IMG/VR virus record: IMGVR_UViG_3300034092_001898
Coordinates: 13,246 to 77,245 of that record
Length of the DNA: 64,000 nucleotides
Source: a virus
Reading direction: 5' to 3' (one strand)
Shown: positions 8,879 to 18,407 of the stretch, piece by piece
Position numbering within the stretch: position 1 is the first letter of the stretch
Layout of the letters: each line of letters opens with the position of its first letter
The notes under the pieces: generated by a model
What the model was told of the DNA's origin: nothing
The model's database searches: none
Seen by the model: only the letters and a program-made list of their open reading frames with translations
Program-made: the position numbers and the translations under genes

Positions 8879-9552
8879 TGCAAGAGCTATCTCCCGTTTC
8901 TCTTTTCGCTGATTCCATTGCCCTTAGCGCCAGGCTTGACGAGGAATGGTCCTACGATCCGCGCACAGGTCGCTACAGGGCTGCCAATGGCCGCTTCCTA
9001 AGCGGGGCCACCGTTGAGGCACTTGTTGATGGAAGGATTCGTAAAACCAAAAGTGACTTGAGGGCCTTAACTGCATCTTTGGCCGATGGCACTTTAAGCA
9101 TAGAGCAATGGCAAGTGCAAGCAAGGGCTGAAATCAAGCGTGCTCACATTCAGGCGGCATTGGTCGGGAATGGTGGTATGCAGGGGATGGATGCGGCAGC
9201 GTGGGGCCGTGTTGGCTGGCGACTTAGGGAGGAGTACCGCTATCTAGAGGGCTTTGCCAAGGACCTCCTAGAGCAGAGAGTGTCAGTGCCAATGGCCTTG
9301 GCTCGAATCAGCCTCTACGCCGATAGTGTCAGGGGCTCGTATTGGACCGGCACCACTATTCGCCAGGAAAAGCAGGGCTATACGCTGATGAAACGCATTC
9401 TCGATCCACAGGCCCAGCATTGCGAAGACTGCCTTCGCTATGCCGCTGCGGGAATGGTGGCCCTGGGGGCACTGCCAATGCCAGGACAGCGTTGTGAATG
9501 TAAGGCGAGATGTCGTTGCAGCATTCGGTATTATCGTTCGCAAATGCCGTAA
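8875..9552 (+). CDS. Head morphogenesis / minor capsid protein (Mu gpF-like C-terminus)
   Basis: HCEDC...PG..CEC..RCRCSI; located directly after the portal. Confidence 0.7.
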   Translation: MMQELSPVSLFADSIALSARLDEEWSYDPRTGRYRAANGRFLSGATVEALVDGRIRKTKSDLRALTASLADGTLSIEQWQVQARAEIKRAHIQAALVGNGGMQGMDAAAWGRVGWRLREEYRYLEGFAKDLLEQRVSVPMALARISLYADSVRGSYWTGTTIRQEKQGYTLMKRILDPQAQHCEDCLRYAAAGMVALGALPMPGQRCECKARCRCSIRYYRSQMP

Positions 9553-9586
9553 AGACCACTACTATGGTGGCAGTTATTCATTCCTT

Positions 9587-10807
9587 GTGGCACGGATTCT
9601 CTATTGCGGCGACATTGGCGCCCAGACAGGTTTTGGGCGTGTAGCAGAGGAGCTTATTCCTCGCTTGACGGATAAGCATGAAATCTATGGCCTAGCCGTG
9701 AATTGGCATGGCGATCCGTCGCCCATGCAGCAGTATTGCCGCATGTATCCTGCCCATGCTGGCGGGCCTGATCCATTTGGCTCCCATCGGATCGCAGACT
9801 TGGCCGCAGCCATCAAGCCGGATCTTGTGTGGATGACTAACGATCTGTGGTGCCTGCCCCCTCTGCTTTCGGCATTGAAGCCAGTACGGGAGCAAGTGCC
9901 AATGAAAGTGTATGGCTATGTGCCCATTGACTCTTACGGTATCTTTCCGGAGTTCATGCCACATCTTGACGGGCTTGACGGCCTCGGCACTTATACGCAG
10001 TTCGGCAAAGAGGAGATCGTAAAAGCTGGATACTCTGGCATCATTGACGTGATTCCTCATGGCGTAGACCGTTCCAAGTTCTTTCCATTGGACCGCAATG
10101 AAGCTCGACAAGCCATGGGCATTGGGAAAGATGACTTTGTGGTCTTTAATGGCAATCGCAATCAGCCGCGCAAGCGCATTGACATTACCATTAAGGGCTT
10201 TATTCGTTTTGCCAAGAACCGCCCTAATGCAAGGCTGTGGCTTCACATGGGAACCAAGGATCAAGGGTGGGACATTATCCCCTTGTTCAATCGTGTGGCG
10301 CGAGACTATGGGTATGATCCGGCTGGTCGCCTGATCCTGACCAATCACAACTTCAGCGTTAACAACTGCCTGTCCATTGCCGACCTTAACCGGGCGTACA
10401 ATGCCGCTGATATTGGTGTCAACACTTGCATTGCTGAAGGCTGGGGGCTTGTCAACTTTGAGCAGGCTGCTACTGGTGTAGCACAACTTGTGCCGGATCA
10501 CACCAGCCTGAAGGAGATTTTCTATGGCGTCAAACGCATTGATTGCCTTGAGGCCGAGACTGATCGTGGTTATGGATTGGAGCGCCCCATTCCATCTGCT
10601 GTAAGCATGGCCGAGCGGCTTGCGGAATACTATGAAAATCCTCAGGCACTGCAAGATGCGGGAGAATGGTGTTTCAGTCGTGCCACTGATCCAGCTTATG
10701 ACTGGAATACGATTGTTAAGCAAATGACTGGCATCATTGATCGCTGTCTGAACGAACAGCCAACACCTATTTTCAAGGGCTTTGGCACTCCCGTGAGGCT
10801 GGGATGA
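9587..10807 (+). CDS. Glycosyltransferase, GT-B fold (GT4-like)
   Basis: TGFGRV, IPHGVD, NRNQPRKRID, EGWGLVNFEQAATG; GTG start chosen within ORF 9440. Confidence 0.92.
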   Translation: MARILYCGDIGAQTGFGRVAEELIPRLTDKHEIYGLAVNWHGDPSPMQQYCRMYPAHAGGPDPFGSHRIADLAAAIKPDLVWMTNDLWCLPPLLSALKPVREQVPMKVYGYVPIDSYGIFPEFMPHLDGLDGLGTYTQFGKEEIVKAGYSGIIDVIPHGVDRSKFFPLDRNEARQAMGIGKDDFVVFNGNRNQPRKRIDITIKGFIRFAKNRPNARLWLHMGTKDQGWDIIPLFNRVARDYGYDPAGRLILTNHNFSVNNCLSIADLNRAYNAADIGVNTCIAEGWGLVNFEQAATGVAQLVPDHTSLKEIFYGVKRIDCLEAETDRGYGLERPIPSAVSMAERLAEYYENPQALQDAGEWCFSRATDPAYDWNTIVKQMTGIIDRCLNEQPTPIFKGFGTPVRLG

Positions 10808-11520
10808 TGCAAGTTTCACAGATTTTTCTTAATGAAGCGAATAGCCTTGAGCTATCGCCTCAGTTGCAATACGCAACGGGTACGGTCAAGGCTTTGTTTC
10901 CTGGTGCTGATTACAGGCTCTACGGAAAAGAAGACCTGCGCAGTTTAATCAAGAGCCATTACGACGAAGAAGTGCTGTGGGCATTTGACACTCTCCGCCC
11001 CTATTCATATAAGGCTGACCTTGGCCGCTTTTGTATCTTGAACGCTTTGGGCGGCTGGTATTTTGACATTGGAGTCAGGGGCGCTGCTCCGGTTGAGATT
11101 GGCGAGAGGATCAAGTTCTTGGCCTTTCGTGACATTCAGCGCTTTAGCTTTACGAGCTTTGCTTGTGCTACTACCGTTCTTTATTCCCAACGCAACAATC
11201 ATGCCCTGTCCATTGCGATTCGTCAAATCGTAGAGAATTGCAAACGGGAATACTATGGCATCACTCCATTGTGCCCCACTGGCCCGACGCTGCTTGGACA
11301 GGCACTTGCCAGGCATGGTAGCGATGCGGACTATGTGTTTGGTGATTACATGGAGTTGACGCCTTCGCATGAGCAAAAGAATCGTGCTTTCGTGCTGCCT
11401 AATGGCACAATTATGGCTTGGAGCAAACCTGCCGGTGGTGGCGACCTGACCGCTCTTGGAGCCACTGGTGTCAATAATTACAACGAGCTTTGGGCCGCAC
11501 GCAAGGTGTACGCAGCATGA
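10804..11520 (+). CDS. Glycosyltransferase, GT-A DXD sugar-binding type (GT32/Och1-like)
   Basis: YKADLGRFCILNALGGWYFDI and TGPTLLG motifs. Confidence 0.85.
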   Translation: MMQVSQIFLNEANSLELSPQLQYATGTVKALFPGADYRLYGKEDLRSLIKSHYDEEVLWAFDTLRPYSYKADLGRFCILNALGGWYFDIGVRGAAPVEIGERIKFLAFRDIQRFSFTSFACATTVLYSQRNNHALSIAIRQIVENCKREYYGITPLCPTGPTLLGQALARHGSDADYVFGDYMELTPSHEQKNRAFVLPNGTIMAWSKPAGGGDLTALGATGVNNYNELWAARKVYAA

Positions 11521-12170
11521 ACCATCTAACTGAACTCGCCAACAGCTACAACAGCGACAAAGGTAACGTCTACAAATGCGCCCATTATTACACTCAGCAC
11601 TACGAAAAAGTATTTAATAAGTATAAAAATAAGACTGACTTTTCTTTGTTGGAAATCGGGCTAAATCGTGACGATTGCAGTGAAGTACCGTCGCTTCGCA
11701 TGTACCGAGATTACTTTGGGAAAGAGGCCAAATTGTCAGGCTTTGATATTCGCCCAGAATTTAAAGCTTTTGAAAGCGCAGGCTTTGAAATCTTTACAGG
11801 CGACCAATCTTCACCAGATAGTCTTAGCCAATGCTTGATTAATCAATATGACATCATTATTGACGATGGCTCCCATGCATCTTCGCACCAACAAATTAGT
11901 CTTCGTGAGCTATGGCAAGCAGTGAAACCAGGGGGTATTTATGTGATTGAAGATTTGCACTGGCAGCCTTTTTCTGAATCGTGCTCTAGGACTGTGGCAG
12001 TGGCGGACCGCTGGAGTGCGGGCGACTTGAAACCTTCTACATTTTTTCCATTGCAATGGATGGATCAATTCAAAAAAGATTTAAAGCACATTGAATTGCT
12101 TCCTTCCGCGAGCCCTCTGCATCCTGCTGATCTCACTCAAAAAGCTCTCCTCTTCCTTTGGAAACAATGA
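11517..12170 (+). CDS. Class I SAM-dependent methyltransferase (sugar O-methyltransferase-like)
   Basis: SDK..H.Y..HY, LLEIG, GDQS, DIIIDDGSH, PGGIYVIEDL. Confidence 0.85.
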   Translation: MNHLTELANSYNSDKGNVYKCAHYYTQHYEKVFNKYKNKTDFSLLEIGLNRDDCSEVPSLRMYRDYFGKEAKLSGFDIRPEFKAFESAGFEIFTGDQSSPDSLSQCLINQYDIIIDDGSHASSHQQISLRELWQAVKPGGIYVIEDLHWQPFSESCSRTVAVADRWSAGDLKPSTFFPLQWMDQFKKDLKHIELLPSASPLHPADLTQKALLFLWKQ

Positions 12171-13465
12171 CAACTAGCTGGGACTGTTTTGACACCTTGG
12201 TAACAAGGGCTCGCTTTGATCCCTTGACAGTCTTTGACTGGATGGGGGAGGAATATAGCCTTGCAAATTTTACGCAACGGCGAAAAGCAGCAGAGAGTAG
12301 GGCGCCCAATACCTTGTCGTCTATCTATGAAGAACTGGCTAAAGATTTTCAATGGACGACAGAGGAGAAAGAATATTACAAACAGAAAGAAATTGAAGCT
12401 GAATTGAAGCATTGTCTTCCCATTGAAGAGAATTTACGAAATGTGAAAGATGGGGACTTAATTGTCAGTGACATGTATTTGCCTCGTGAGGCAATCGAAG
12501 GTATTCTGAGAAAGAATGGCATGGATAAAGCCGTTTCTTTCTATGTGAGCACTGGAGGTAAAAGCTCTGGCACCATTTGGCCACATCTTCCGCCTATTGA
12601 TCTGCACGTAGGGGATAATGTTCACTCGGACGTGAGCAGTCCTCGCAGTCATGGCATCAATGCCTTGCACTACACAGACATGCATTTCTCTCCCCACGAG
12701 CAAGCGGTGGGTGGAGAGCTAGCCCTGCTAATGAGAGTGGTGCGCCTTGCCAATCCTTACACCCCATGCACTGACTTCCATCGTCTCTGGTTTGAGCAGG
12801 CGCAGCTTAATGTGCCAGCGTTGGTACTAGCAGCAGCCTCGTTGCCTAAAGAAAACCTAGCTTTTGTCTGGCGTGACTGCGTGCATTTGCAGCGTATTCA
12901 CCAGCAATTGCATGGCACCCACAATGTTCAGTTTCATTGCTCAAGAGTGGCAATGGCAAGCGGAGGAGCCGAATGGAAGAAATATGCAGAGAACACCGCT
13001 AAAGGGAGAGTCATTGTTGACTTGCAGGGCAGTGGCAGGAGCGTTGTCCAATATTGGCGCGATAATTTCCAAGAAGCGCCGCAGTTGCTTTACATAACGG
13101 GAATGATGACACATGGTCATGCTTTAATTACAACTCCCACCGATGTGATTGAAAGGTTTAATTCTTCCTCCCTTGGGTCAATGGCGCAGTTTCCTGAGCG
13201 CTTTAAAAATGAGTTTGAAGAAGAGTTTTTGCAATGCCAAAAGAAAGCCATCGACAAGGCTATAGAGTACATGCCATTCTTTAATTTAAAAGAAGAAAAT
13301 CTTCCTCTTCTGGGCTCCATCATTCAACTGATGTATCATTCAAAAACTCCTTTGTTGACACCCCATCAAAGCAATCATTGTTCTGGCCATAAAGAGATGG
13401 ACTGGCCCGCCGATAGATACTTGGACGATAAGATGGCTATATCAAGAGTTTTTGGTCATGACTAA
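12167..13465 (+). CDS. HAD-superfamily hydrolase of the type found in polysaccharide loci
   Basis: SWDCFDTLV, VSDMYL, GK, HVGDNVHSD. Confidence 0.8.
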   Translation: MTTSWDCFDTLVTRARFDPLTVFDWMGEEYSLANFTQRRKAAESRAPNTLSSIYEELAKDFQWTTEEKEYYKQKEIEAELKHCLPIEENLRNVKDGDLIVSDMYLPREAIEGILRKNGMDKAVSFYVSTGGKSSGTIWPHLPPIDLHVGDNVHSDVSSPRSHGINALHYTDMHFSPHEQAVGGELALLMRVVRLANPYTPCTDFHRLWFEQAQLNVPALVLAAASLPKENLAFVWRDCVHLQRIHQQLHGTHNVQFHCSRVAMASGGAEWKKYAENTAKGRVIVDLQGSGRSVVQYWRDNFQEAPQLLYITGMMTHGHALITTPTDVIERFNSSSLGSMAQFPERFKNEFEEEFLQCQKKAIDKAIEYMPFFNLKEENLPLLGSIIQLMYHSKTPLLTPHQSNHCSGHKEMDWPADRYLDDKMAISRVFGHD

Positions 13466-13495
13466 TAAGCAAAAACAAGCCAAAGTTGCCAAGGT

Positions 13496-14017
13496 TTAGT
13501 CCTGATCTGCGACAATATGATTCCATTGCCGATTTTTTTCAATATGACTAATTGTTGTTCGTGTTACGTTTATTGCTTTTGCAAGCATGTTTCGGGACAG
13601 GGACGGATTGGCAAGTAATATATTTTTAATGGCGGCTACTTGTTCTTCTGATAATTTGCTCCGACCATTGTTGATTCCTTTATGAGTGCCATGAAGAATA
13701 GAATCTTGGCAATTCTTCTCTGGCGTACCCCAAATTAAATTAATGGCTCTATTGTCGTAGCGATTGCCATTCAAATGACGAACAACTTCAAAGTCTTTGG
13801 GCTTGCCATGAAAAGCTTCGCAAACAAGCCTGTGAACCTGTCGAGTTAACCCAGATACGCCGCTGGGATAAAGACCTACCTTTCCGTAAGGACCAGAAAA
13901 ATTCACCTTAAGAAGAATCCGCCTGTCGTCTTTGTACTTACAAACGCGACCTTCACTGCTGACCTCATAGAGTCCGTCGGTTTCCGCTATGGGCATCCAG
14001 GTTTCCTCGTTAGACAT
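13496..14017 (-). CDS. NUMOD4/HNH homing endonuclease
   Basis: ETWMPI..YEVSSEGRV (NUMOD4), VHRLV..AF..VRHLNGNRYDN (HNH), C-terminal HTH; AT-rich and antisense to the head operon. Confidence 0.9.
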   Translation of the reverse strand: MSNEETWMPIAETDGLYEVSSEGRVCKYKDDRRILLKVNFSGPYGKVGLYPSGVSGLTRQVHRLVCEAFHGKPKDFEVVRHLNGNRYDNRAINLIWGTPEKNCQDSILHGTHKGINNGRSKLSEEQVAAIKNILLANPSLSRNMLAKAINVTRTTISHIEKNRQWNHIVADQD

Positions 14018-14059
14018 TGAATCGTCTTGCTAGAATTAAAGAAAGTATAGCATGGAACA

Positions 14060-14299
14060 ATGAGTTCAAGGAAGCAAAGGCAAAAAATTGCTCGTGTTTT
14101 GCGCGAGTTCAAGGCTGGTACGCTCAAAAGCAGTACCGGAGAGAAAGTGGCCAATCAGCGTCAAGCGATTGCCATTGCCCTTTCCGAGGCTGGCATGAGT
14201 AAGGAAGGCAAAAGCGATGAATACTGGGATTCTTACGTCCTAACGCTCGCGGAGGAGGAGGAAGAGGAGGAAGAGGAGGAATACATCCCAAAGGACTGA
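14060..14299 (+). CDS. Small DUF6496-like head-region protein; 0-frame product of a -1 frameshift gene
   Basis: KIARVLREFKAGTLKSS..QAIAIALSEAG, poly-Glu, ends C.CCA.AAG.GAC.TGA. Confidence 0.75.
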   Translation: MSSRKQRQKIARVLREFKAGTLKSSTGEKVANQRQAIAIALSEAGMSKEGKSDEYWDSYVLTLAEEEEEEEEEEYIPKD

Positions 14300-14646
14300 G
14301 CCTTGACGCGGCTAGCTTTGCCCCTCCATCGTCCGTGAGGGCTGCAGCGCGTCGAGGCCTGGAACTACGCAAGAAGCACGGCAAGGGCGGATTGACCACG
14401 CAAGAGGCTGGTGAGCAAGGAATTGGCAGTGGAGTGGCACGAGCCACGAGTTTAGCCAATGGAGAGGCGCTGAGCTACGAAACCATTAAGCGCATGGCGG
14501 CCTTTTTTTCGCGGCATGAGAAGAACAAAGGGGGAGGGGAGGATGATGCTGGTTACATTGCCTGGCTTTTGTGGGGCGGTGATTCGGGAAGAGTGTGGGC
14601 CAATCGCGTCATTGGGCAACAGGAAAGGAAGCGGGCCGCCCGTTAA
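14293..14646 (+). CDS. -1 frame extension (FxPPxxV..ARRGLE..WGGD domain)
   Basis: Open from the slippery site; the FAPPSSV lead-in lies upstream of the GTG at 14335. Confidence 0.7.
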   Translation, partial: GLSLDAASFAPPSSVRAAARRGLELRKKHGKGGLTTQEAGEQGIGSGVARATSLANGEALSYETIKRMAAFFSRHEKNKGGGEDDAGYIAWLLWGGDSGRVWANRVIGQQERKRAAR

Positions 14647-14672
14647 GATGGCCTCAATCATCCGTCGTTGCA

Positions 14673-14987
14673 ATGGAAAGTCCTGACCTTGACTATTTTG
14701 ACGATGGCGAGGATGAGGATTTTAGTGTAGAAGACGCCTTGCGTGTTCTGAGCCTCAATTCTCACCGCAATACAACGCGATGGGCAGTGGTCAGCAAGCA
14801 ACTGTTTGTCAATGGTCGTGCCACTGAGGATCAAAACTATGTGGAACCACAGTACGAAAGGCCAGATCCTGAGTTTGAGGAGCACCATCGCATGTTGATC
14901 TTTGAGGCAATCGCAGTGGCCAAAGCCTACATCATGGCCGGGATTGAAGCCGAGATTCAGCAGACGAGGGAATCTTCAGGGCTATAA
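14673..14987 (+). CDS. Hypothetical acidic protein
   Basis: ATG at 14673 within ORF 14595; coding-like composition. Confidence 0.6.
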   Translation: MESPDLDYFDDGEDEDFSVEDALRVLSLNSHRNTTRWAVVSKQLFVNGRATEDQNYVEPQYERPDPEFEEHHRMLIFEAIAVAKAYIMAGIEAEIQQTRESSGL

Positions 14988-15249
14988 AGTTTGGATAGCC
15001 GAGAAGCCATAGCACAGACATCGTGAAAAGGCCACTCAAGGTGGCAATTTGCACTGCACTGGGCTCCAGGTCTCCGCTTTCCATCCGAGAGTAGGAGGAC
15101 TGACTAATTTCCAGCCTTGCGGCCACATTGCGTTGTGAGAGGCCGCTATTGAGCCGTGCTTGCTTGATGCGAGACGCAACGGCAATGCGCCGTTGGGAAT
15201 GGGGCAACTTGAGCAAATTGACTTGGTGATTCTCCATTGCTTGATTCAC
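14932..15249 (-). CDS. XRE-family HTH transcriptional regulator
   Basis: RIKQARLNSGLSQRNVA..ISQSSYSRMESG..WLLG; divergent from the capsid operon. Confidence 0.88.
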   Translation of the reverse strand: MNQAMENHQVNLLKLPHSQRRIAVASRIKQARLNSGLSQRNVAARLEISQSSYSRMESGDLEPSAVQIATLSGLFTMSVLWLLGYPNFIALKIPSSAESRLQSRP

Positions 15250-15298
15250 TATTGAATCATGTTAATAGTGGTGATGCTAGTTTGCATAGGATTGTTAT

Positions 15299-16486
15299 AT
15301 GAGCAATACTTCTTTTCGCTACGACGTAGCGCCGATTGAGAAGTACGAGCTAACCCCCGAGGGTTATCTGCGGCTTCATGCCACAATCGCTCGCACTGGC
15401 GTTCAGCATTACTCCAATGCTGACGGTTCAATTCGGCGTGAATATCGTGCCGCTGAAGATGTGGCGCTCCCTGAAAGTCTTGCTTCTTTTGCGGGCAAGA
15501 GCGTAACTGACGAACATCCCCCGGTCCTGCTTGATAGCGCCAACACCACAAACTATCAAAAGGGCTTCACTGGCTCTGAGATTGTTTATGACAATGGTTT
15601 TGTCCGAGCAGTTATGACAATTACAGACCAAGAACTGATCGACAAGATTCAACGGGGTGATGCTACGGAAGTTAGCGCAGGCTATCGAGTGTCCTTTGAT
15701 GCCAACCCTGGCACCACTCCTGATGGTGAACCGTATGACGGTCGCCAAAAGGAAATCATTGGCAATCATGTAGCCGTTGTTAAGACCGGGCGAGCAGGCC
15801 CGCAAGTGAAATTGCATCTTGACCGACAGGATGCCGCCGATCCTTCTCTTCTCAATTCTGGAGATTCTCTTATGACTACCGCAAAGGTGGTCTTTGATGG
15901 CGCTGACTTTGAAGTGAGTGAGGGCGTTGCCCTTGCTGTCAACAAAGAACGCGCTGATGCAAAGACCTCTTACGAGGCCATGAAAAAGCAGTACGACGAA
16001 ATGTGTGGCAAAGCCTCCAAACTTAAGGAGGAAATGGATGCCATGGAAAAGGAAATGAAAGGCAAAATGGATGCCGCTGATGGTCGTGCTGATGCCCTCG
16101 CTGTTGAAACTGAATCGCTCAGGGCTGAACTGGAAGCGGCTAAAGCCGTGAATGTTGACAGCCTTGTCGAAGAGCGCATTGCCCTGATCGAAAAGGCCAA
16201 GCCTGTCCTTGACAGCGCTTATTCCTTTGCTGGCAAGTCCGCTCGTGAAATCATGGTCGATGCCGTTAAGGCAGTTCGTGGTGATTCCATGAATCTGTCT
16301 GAACGGTCTGACGACTACGTTCAAGCCGCTTTTGACACCATTTCCGTTGACGACCGTAAGGATTCGTCTACTGGTCCTCTGCGCAATGCCGTCGCATCCG
16401 TGATGGCAACCATTCCCCAGGACACGTATCAGGAAACGGTGGGAAAAGCCTACCTCCGTCCTCTCACCGCTTCTAAAGGAGCCTGA
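15299..16486 (+). CDS. DUF2213 prohead protease/scaffold
   Basis: TPEGYL, ARTGVQHY, VTDEHP, EVSAGY, NHVAVVKTGRAG; coiled-coil C-terminus. Confidence 0.9.
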   Translation: MSNTSFRYDVAPIEKYELTPEGYLRLHATIARTGVQHYSNADGSIRREYRAAEDVALPESLASFAGKSVTDEHPPVLLDSANTTNYQKGFTGSEIVYDNGFVRAVMTITDQELIDKIQRGDATEVSAGYRVSFDANPGTTPDGEPYDGRQKEIIGNHVAVVKTGRAGPQVKLHLDRQDAADPSLLNSGDSLMTTAKVVFDGADFEVSEGVALAVNKERADAKTSYEAMKKQYDEMCGKASKLKEEMDAMEKEMKGKMDAADGRADALAVETESLRAELEAAKAVNVDSLVEERIALIEKAKPVLDSAYSFAGKSAREIMVDAVKAVRGDSMNLSERSDDYVQAAFDTISVDDRKDSSTGPLRNAVASVMATIPQDTYQETVGKAYLRPLTASKGA

Positions 16487-16489
16487 CCC

Positions 16490-17050
16490 ATGGCCGTTGC
16501 TTTCACTGCGTCTGGCACCCCCACTGTGGGCGGTGTGCAGACTTCCTATCCCCTCGTTCACGACGCCTTCCTGGAAGGTCAACTGGCCGATGCCCGCAAC
16601 AAGGTGATTGACTCTTTCGTCAATGAAACCTCTGGCGTGGTGGCTTTCGGCAACCTGCTGGTTTGGAATAGTGGCAGCACTACTGCTGATTCCGCTCGCA
16701 CCATCTCCGGCACCACTGGCACTGTTGTTGGCCTGAACATTCTCACTTACGTTGACGAAACTGCCCGTGACGCCAATAGCCGCCCCGGCGCGAAAGATCG
16801 TCAACTGATGAACGTTTTGCGTCAAGGTGCTGCTGTGGTTTATGTCCATGGCGCCGTTGATCCTTCTACTCCTGTTCGTGTCATTCACACCGCTTCCGGT
16901 GTGCAGTATGCCGGTCAATTCTCGGCTTCTGCCGTTAGTGGCCGCACCGCCACTCTTTCTAATGCCGCCTACCTGTCCAAGACCACTGGCAGTGGACTGG
17001 CAGTGCTGGAACTGAATGGCCCCACTTTCACTCTCACCGCCAACACCTGA
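16490..17050 (+). CDS. Head decoration/cement protein
   Basis: Between protease and capsid; EGQLAD, VAFG, NVLRQG; rich in small residues. Confidence 0.8.
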   Translation: MAVAFTASGTPTVGGVQTSYPLVHDAFLEGQLADARNKVIDSFVNETSGVVAFGNLLVWNSGSTTADSARTISGTTGTVVGLNILTYVDETARDANSRPGAKDRQLMNVLRQGAAVVYVHGAVDPSTPVRVIHTASGVQYAGQFSASAVSGRTATLSNAAYLSKTTGSGLAVLELNGPTFTLTANT

Positions 17051-17057
17051 GGTAACT

Positions 17058-17972
17058 ATGTCTGATTATCGTATGGACGAGGCGGGACTGTTTCTTCAGC
17101 GCCAACTGGAGTACATTCGCCCGCAAGTGTTTGAGACGGCTTACGCCGACATCAAATACCCCACCCTTTTGCCTGTCACCAGTGAGGCTGGCCCCGGCGC
17201 CCAGCAGTTCACCTATCGGGTGATGGACAGCACCGGTAAGTTTGACTTCATTGCTGACAATGCTGATGACCTGCCGCGCTCTGACGTGAGCCAGGTCGAG
17301 AAGTCAATCTACTTCCGCTCCATCGGTGGTTCGTTTGGCTACACCGTCCAAGAACTGCGTGCCGCTCAAATGGCCAACGTGGCTCTTGAGTCGCGTCGTG
17401 CTGCAGCGGTTCGCCGGGCTTACGAAGAGAAAGTGGAAGACATCGCCATGTTTGGTGATGTTTCCACTAATCTCACTGGCTTCTTCAACAACCCCACTGT
17501 GGATGTTGTGACTGCCGACAAGTGGTTTGACACCGCAAGTGTCACCACCACTGAAATGCTTGAACTGCTGAACTATGGTTCCACTGCCATTGTGAATGGT
17601 TCAAACATGAAGGAGCAGCCTGACACCCTGCTGCTTCCTTGGGTTGACTATCAAAAGGTCTCCTCCACTCGCAACAGTGATTCCAGTGATCTCACCGTCC
17701 TGGAATACTTCCTGCGCACCAACCCCTACATCCGCAACATTGAGCCCATCCTGCAACTGGACAACAGCAAGACCACGGGCAAGCTCAACACCCGTCGGAT
17801 GGTGTTCTACAAGCGGGACCCTGAAAAGCTCCAACTGCACATTCCGCAGCCCCTGGAACTGTTCCCGCCCCAGCAACGCAACCTGCAGTACATCGTTCCC
17901 GCCCATGCTCGCGTGGGTGGCGTAGCGATTTACTACTCCAAGAGCGTTGTCTACGTGCAGCGCAGCACCTGA
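17058..17972 (+). CDS. Major capsid protein (DUF2184 type)
   Basis: FLQRQLEYI, YTVQELRAAQ, GFFNNP, PDTLLLP, ARVGGV; strong codon bias. Confidence 0.9.
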   Translation: MSDYRMDEAGLFLQRQLEYIRPQVFETAYADIKYPTLLPVTSEAGPGAQQFTYRVMDSTGKFDFIADNADDLPRSDVSQVEKSIYFRSIGGSFGYTVQELRAAQMANVALESRRAAAVRRAYEEKVEDIAMFGDVSTNLTGFFNNPTVDVVTADKWFDTASVTTTEMLELLNYGSTAIVNGSNMKEQPDTLLLPWVDYQKVSSTRNSDSSDLTVLEYFLRTNPYIRNIEPILQLDNSKTTGKLNTRRMVFYKRDPEKLQLHIPQPLELFPPQQRNLQYIVPAHARVGGVAIYYSKSVVYVQRST

Positions 17973-18020
17973 TCCCTGCAAGGGGCGTTAAGCTAATTGG
18001 TGACTGTTTCTCCCAAGCAA

Positions 18021-18407
18021 ATGCTGATTGCCTATCGCCCCGAGCTTGAAAACCCCCCGCGAGAAGGTGGCTTTGGTGTCATCGTAGATCAAGGGTTAGT
18101 ACAACTGGCTCCTGGTCTCAATGCAGACGTACCTGAGCAAGCATGGCAGCAAGCCCGCAATAATGCAGAAGTTAAGCGACTGATGCGCATTGGGGCAATC
18201 GAGGAAGTAGTAGAACAAGCAAACGTGCCTGAGGTCAGCGACAACGTGGAACTGCTTTCCAATTTGCCACTGACTGAAGCCCTGCGAACCATTGAGCTAA
18301 TCCATGATGCAGAACTGCTGCTGAACTGGAAAAAGCAAGAAGGTCGGGTGCGAGTGCGGAACGCAATCGTCCGTCGTCGTACTGCCATCGCTGAAGGTCG
18401 TGCCTAA
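18021..18407 (+). CDS. Hypothetical protein following the capsid gene
   Basis: Operon position; EGRVRVRNAI C-terminal helix. Confidence 0.65.
   Translation: MLIAYRPELENPPREGGFGVIVDQGLVQLAPGLNADVPEQAWQQARNNAEVKRLMRIGAIEEVVEQANVPEVSDNVELLSNLPLTEALRTIELIHDAELLLNWKKQEGRVRVRNAIVRRRTAIAEGRA

Noticed and set aside
9692-10819. 375-aa minus-strand ORF
   Set aside because: Antisense shadow of the GT4 gene
14932-15249. XRE gene as evidence of lysogeny
   Set aside because: No integrase, att site or peptidase domain seen; more likely a local regulator
15428-16918. 496-aa minus-strand ORF
   Set aside because: Antisense shadow of the strongly codon-biased protease and decoration genes; no recognisable motifs
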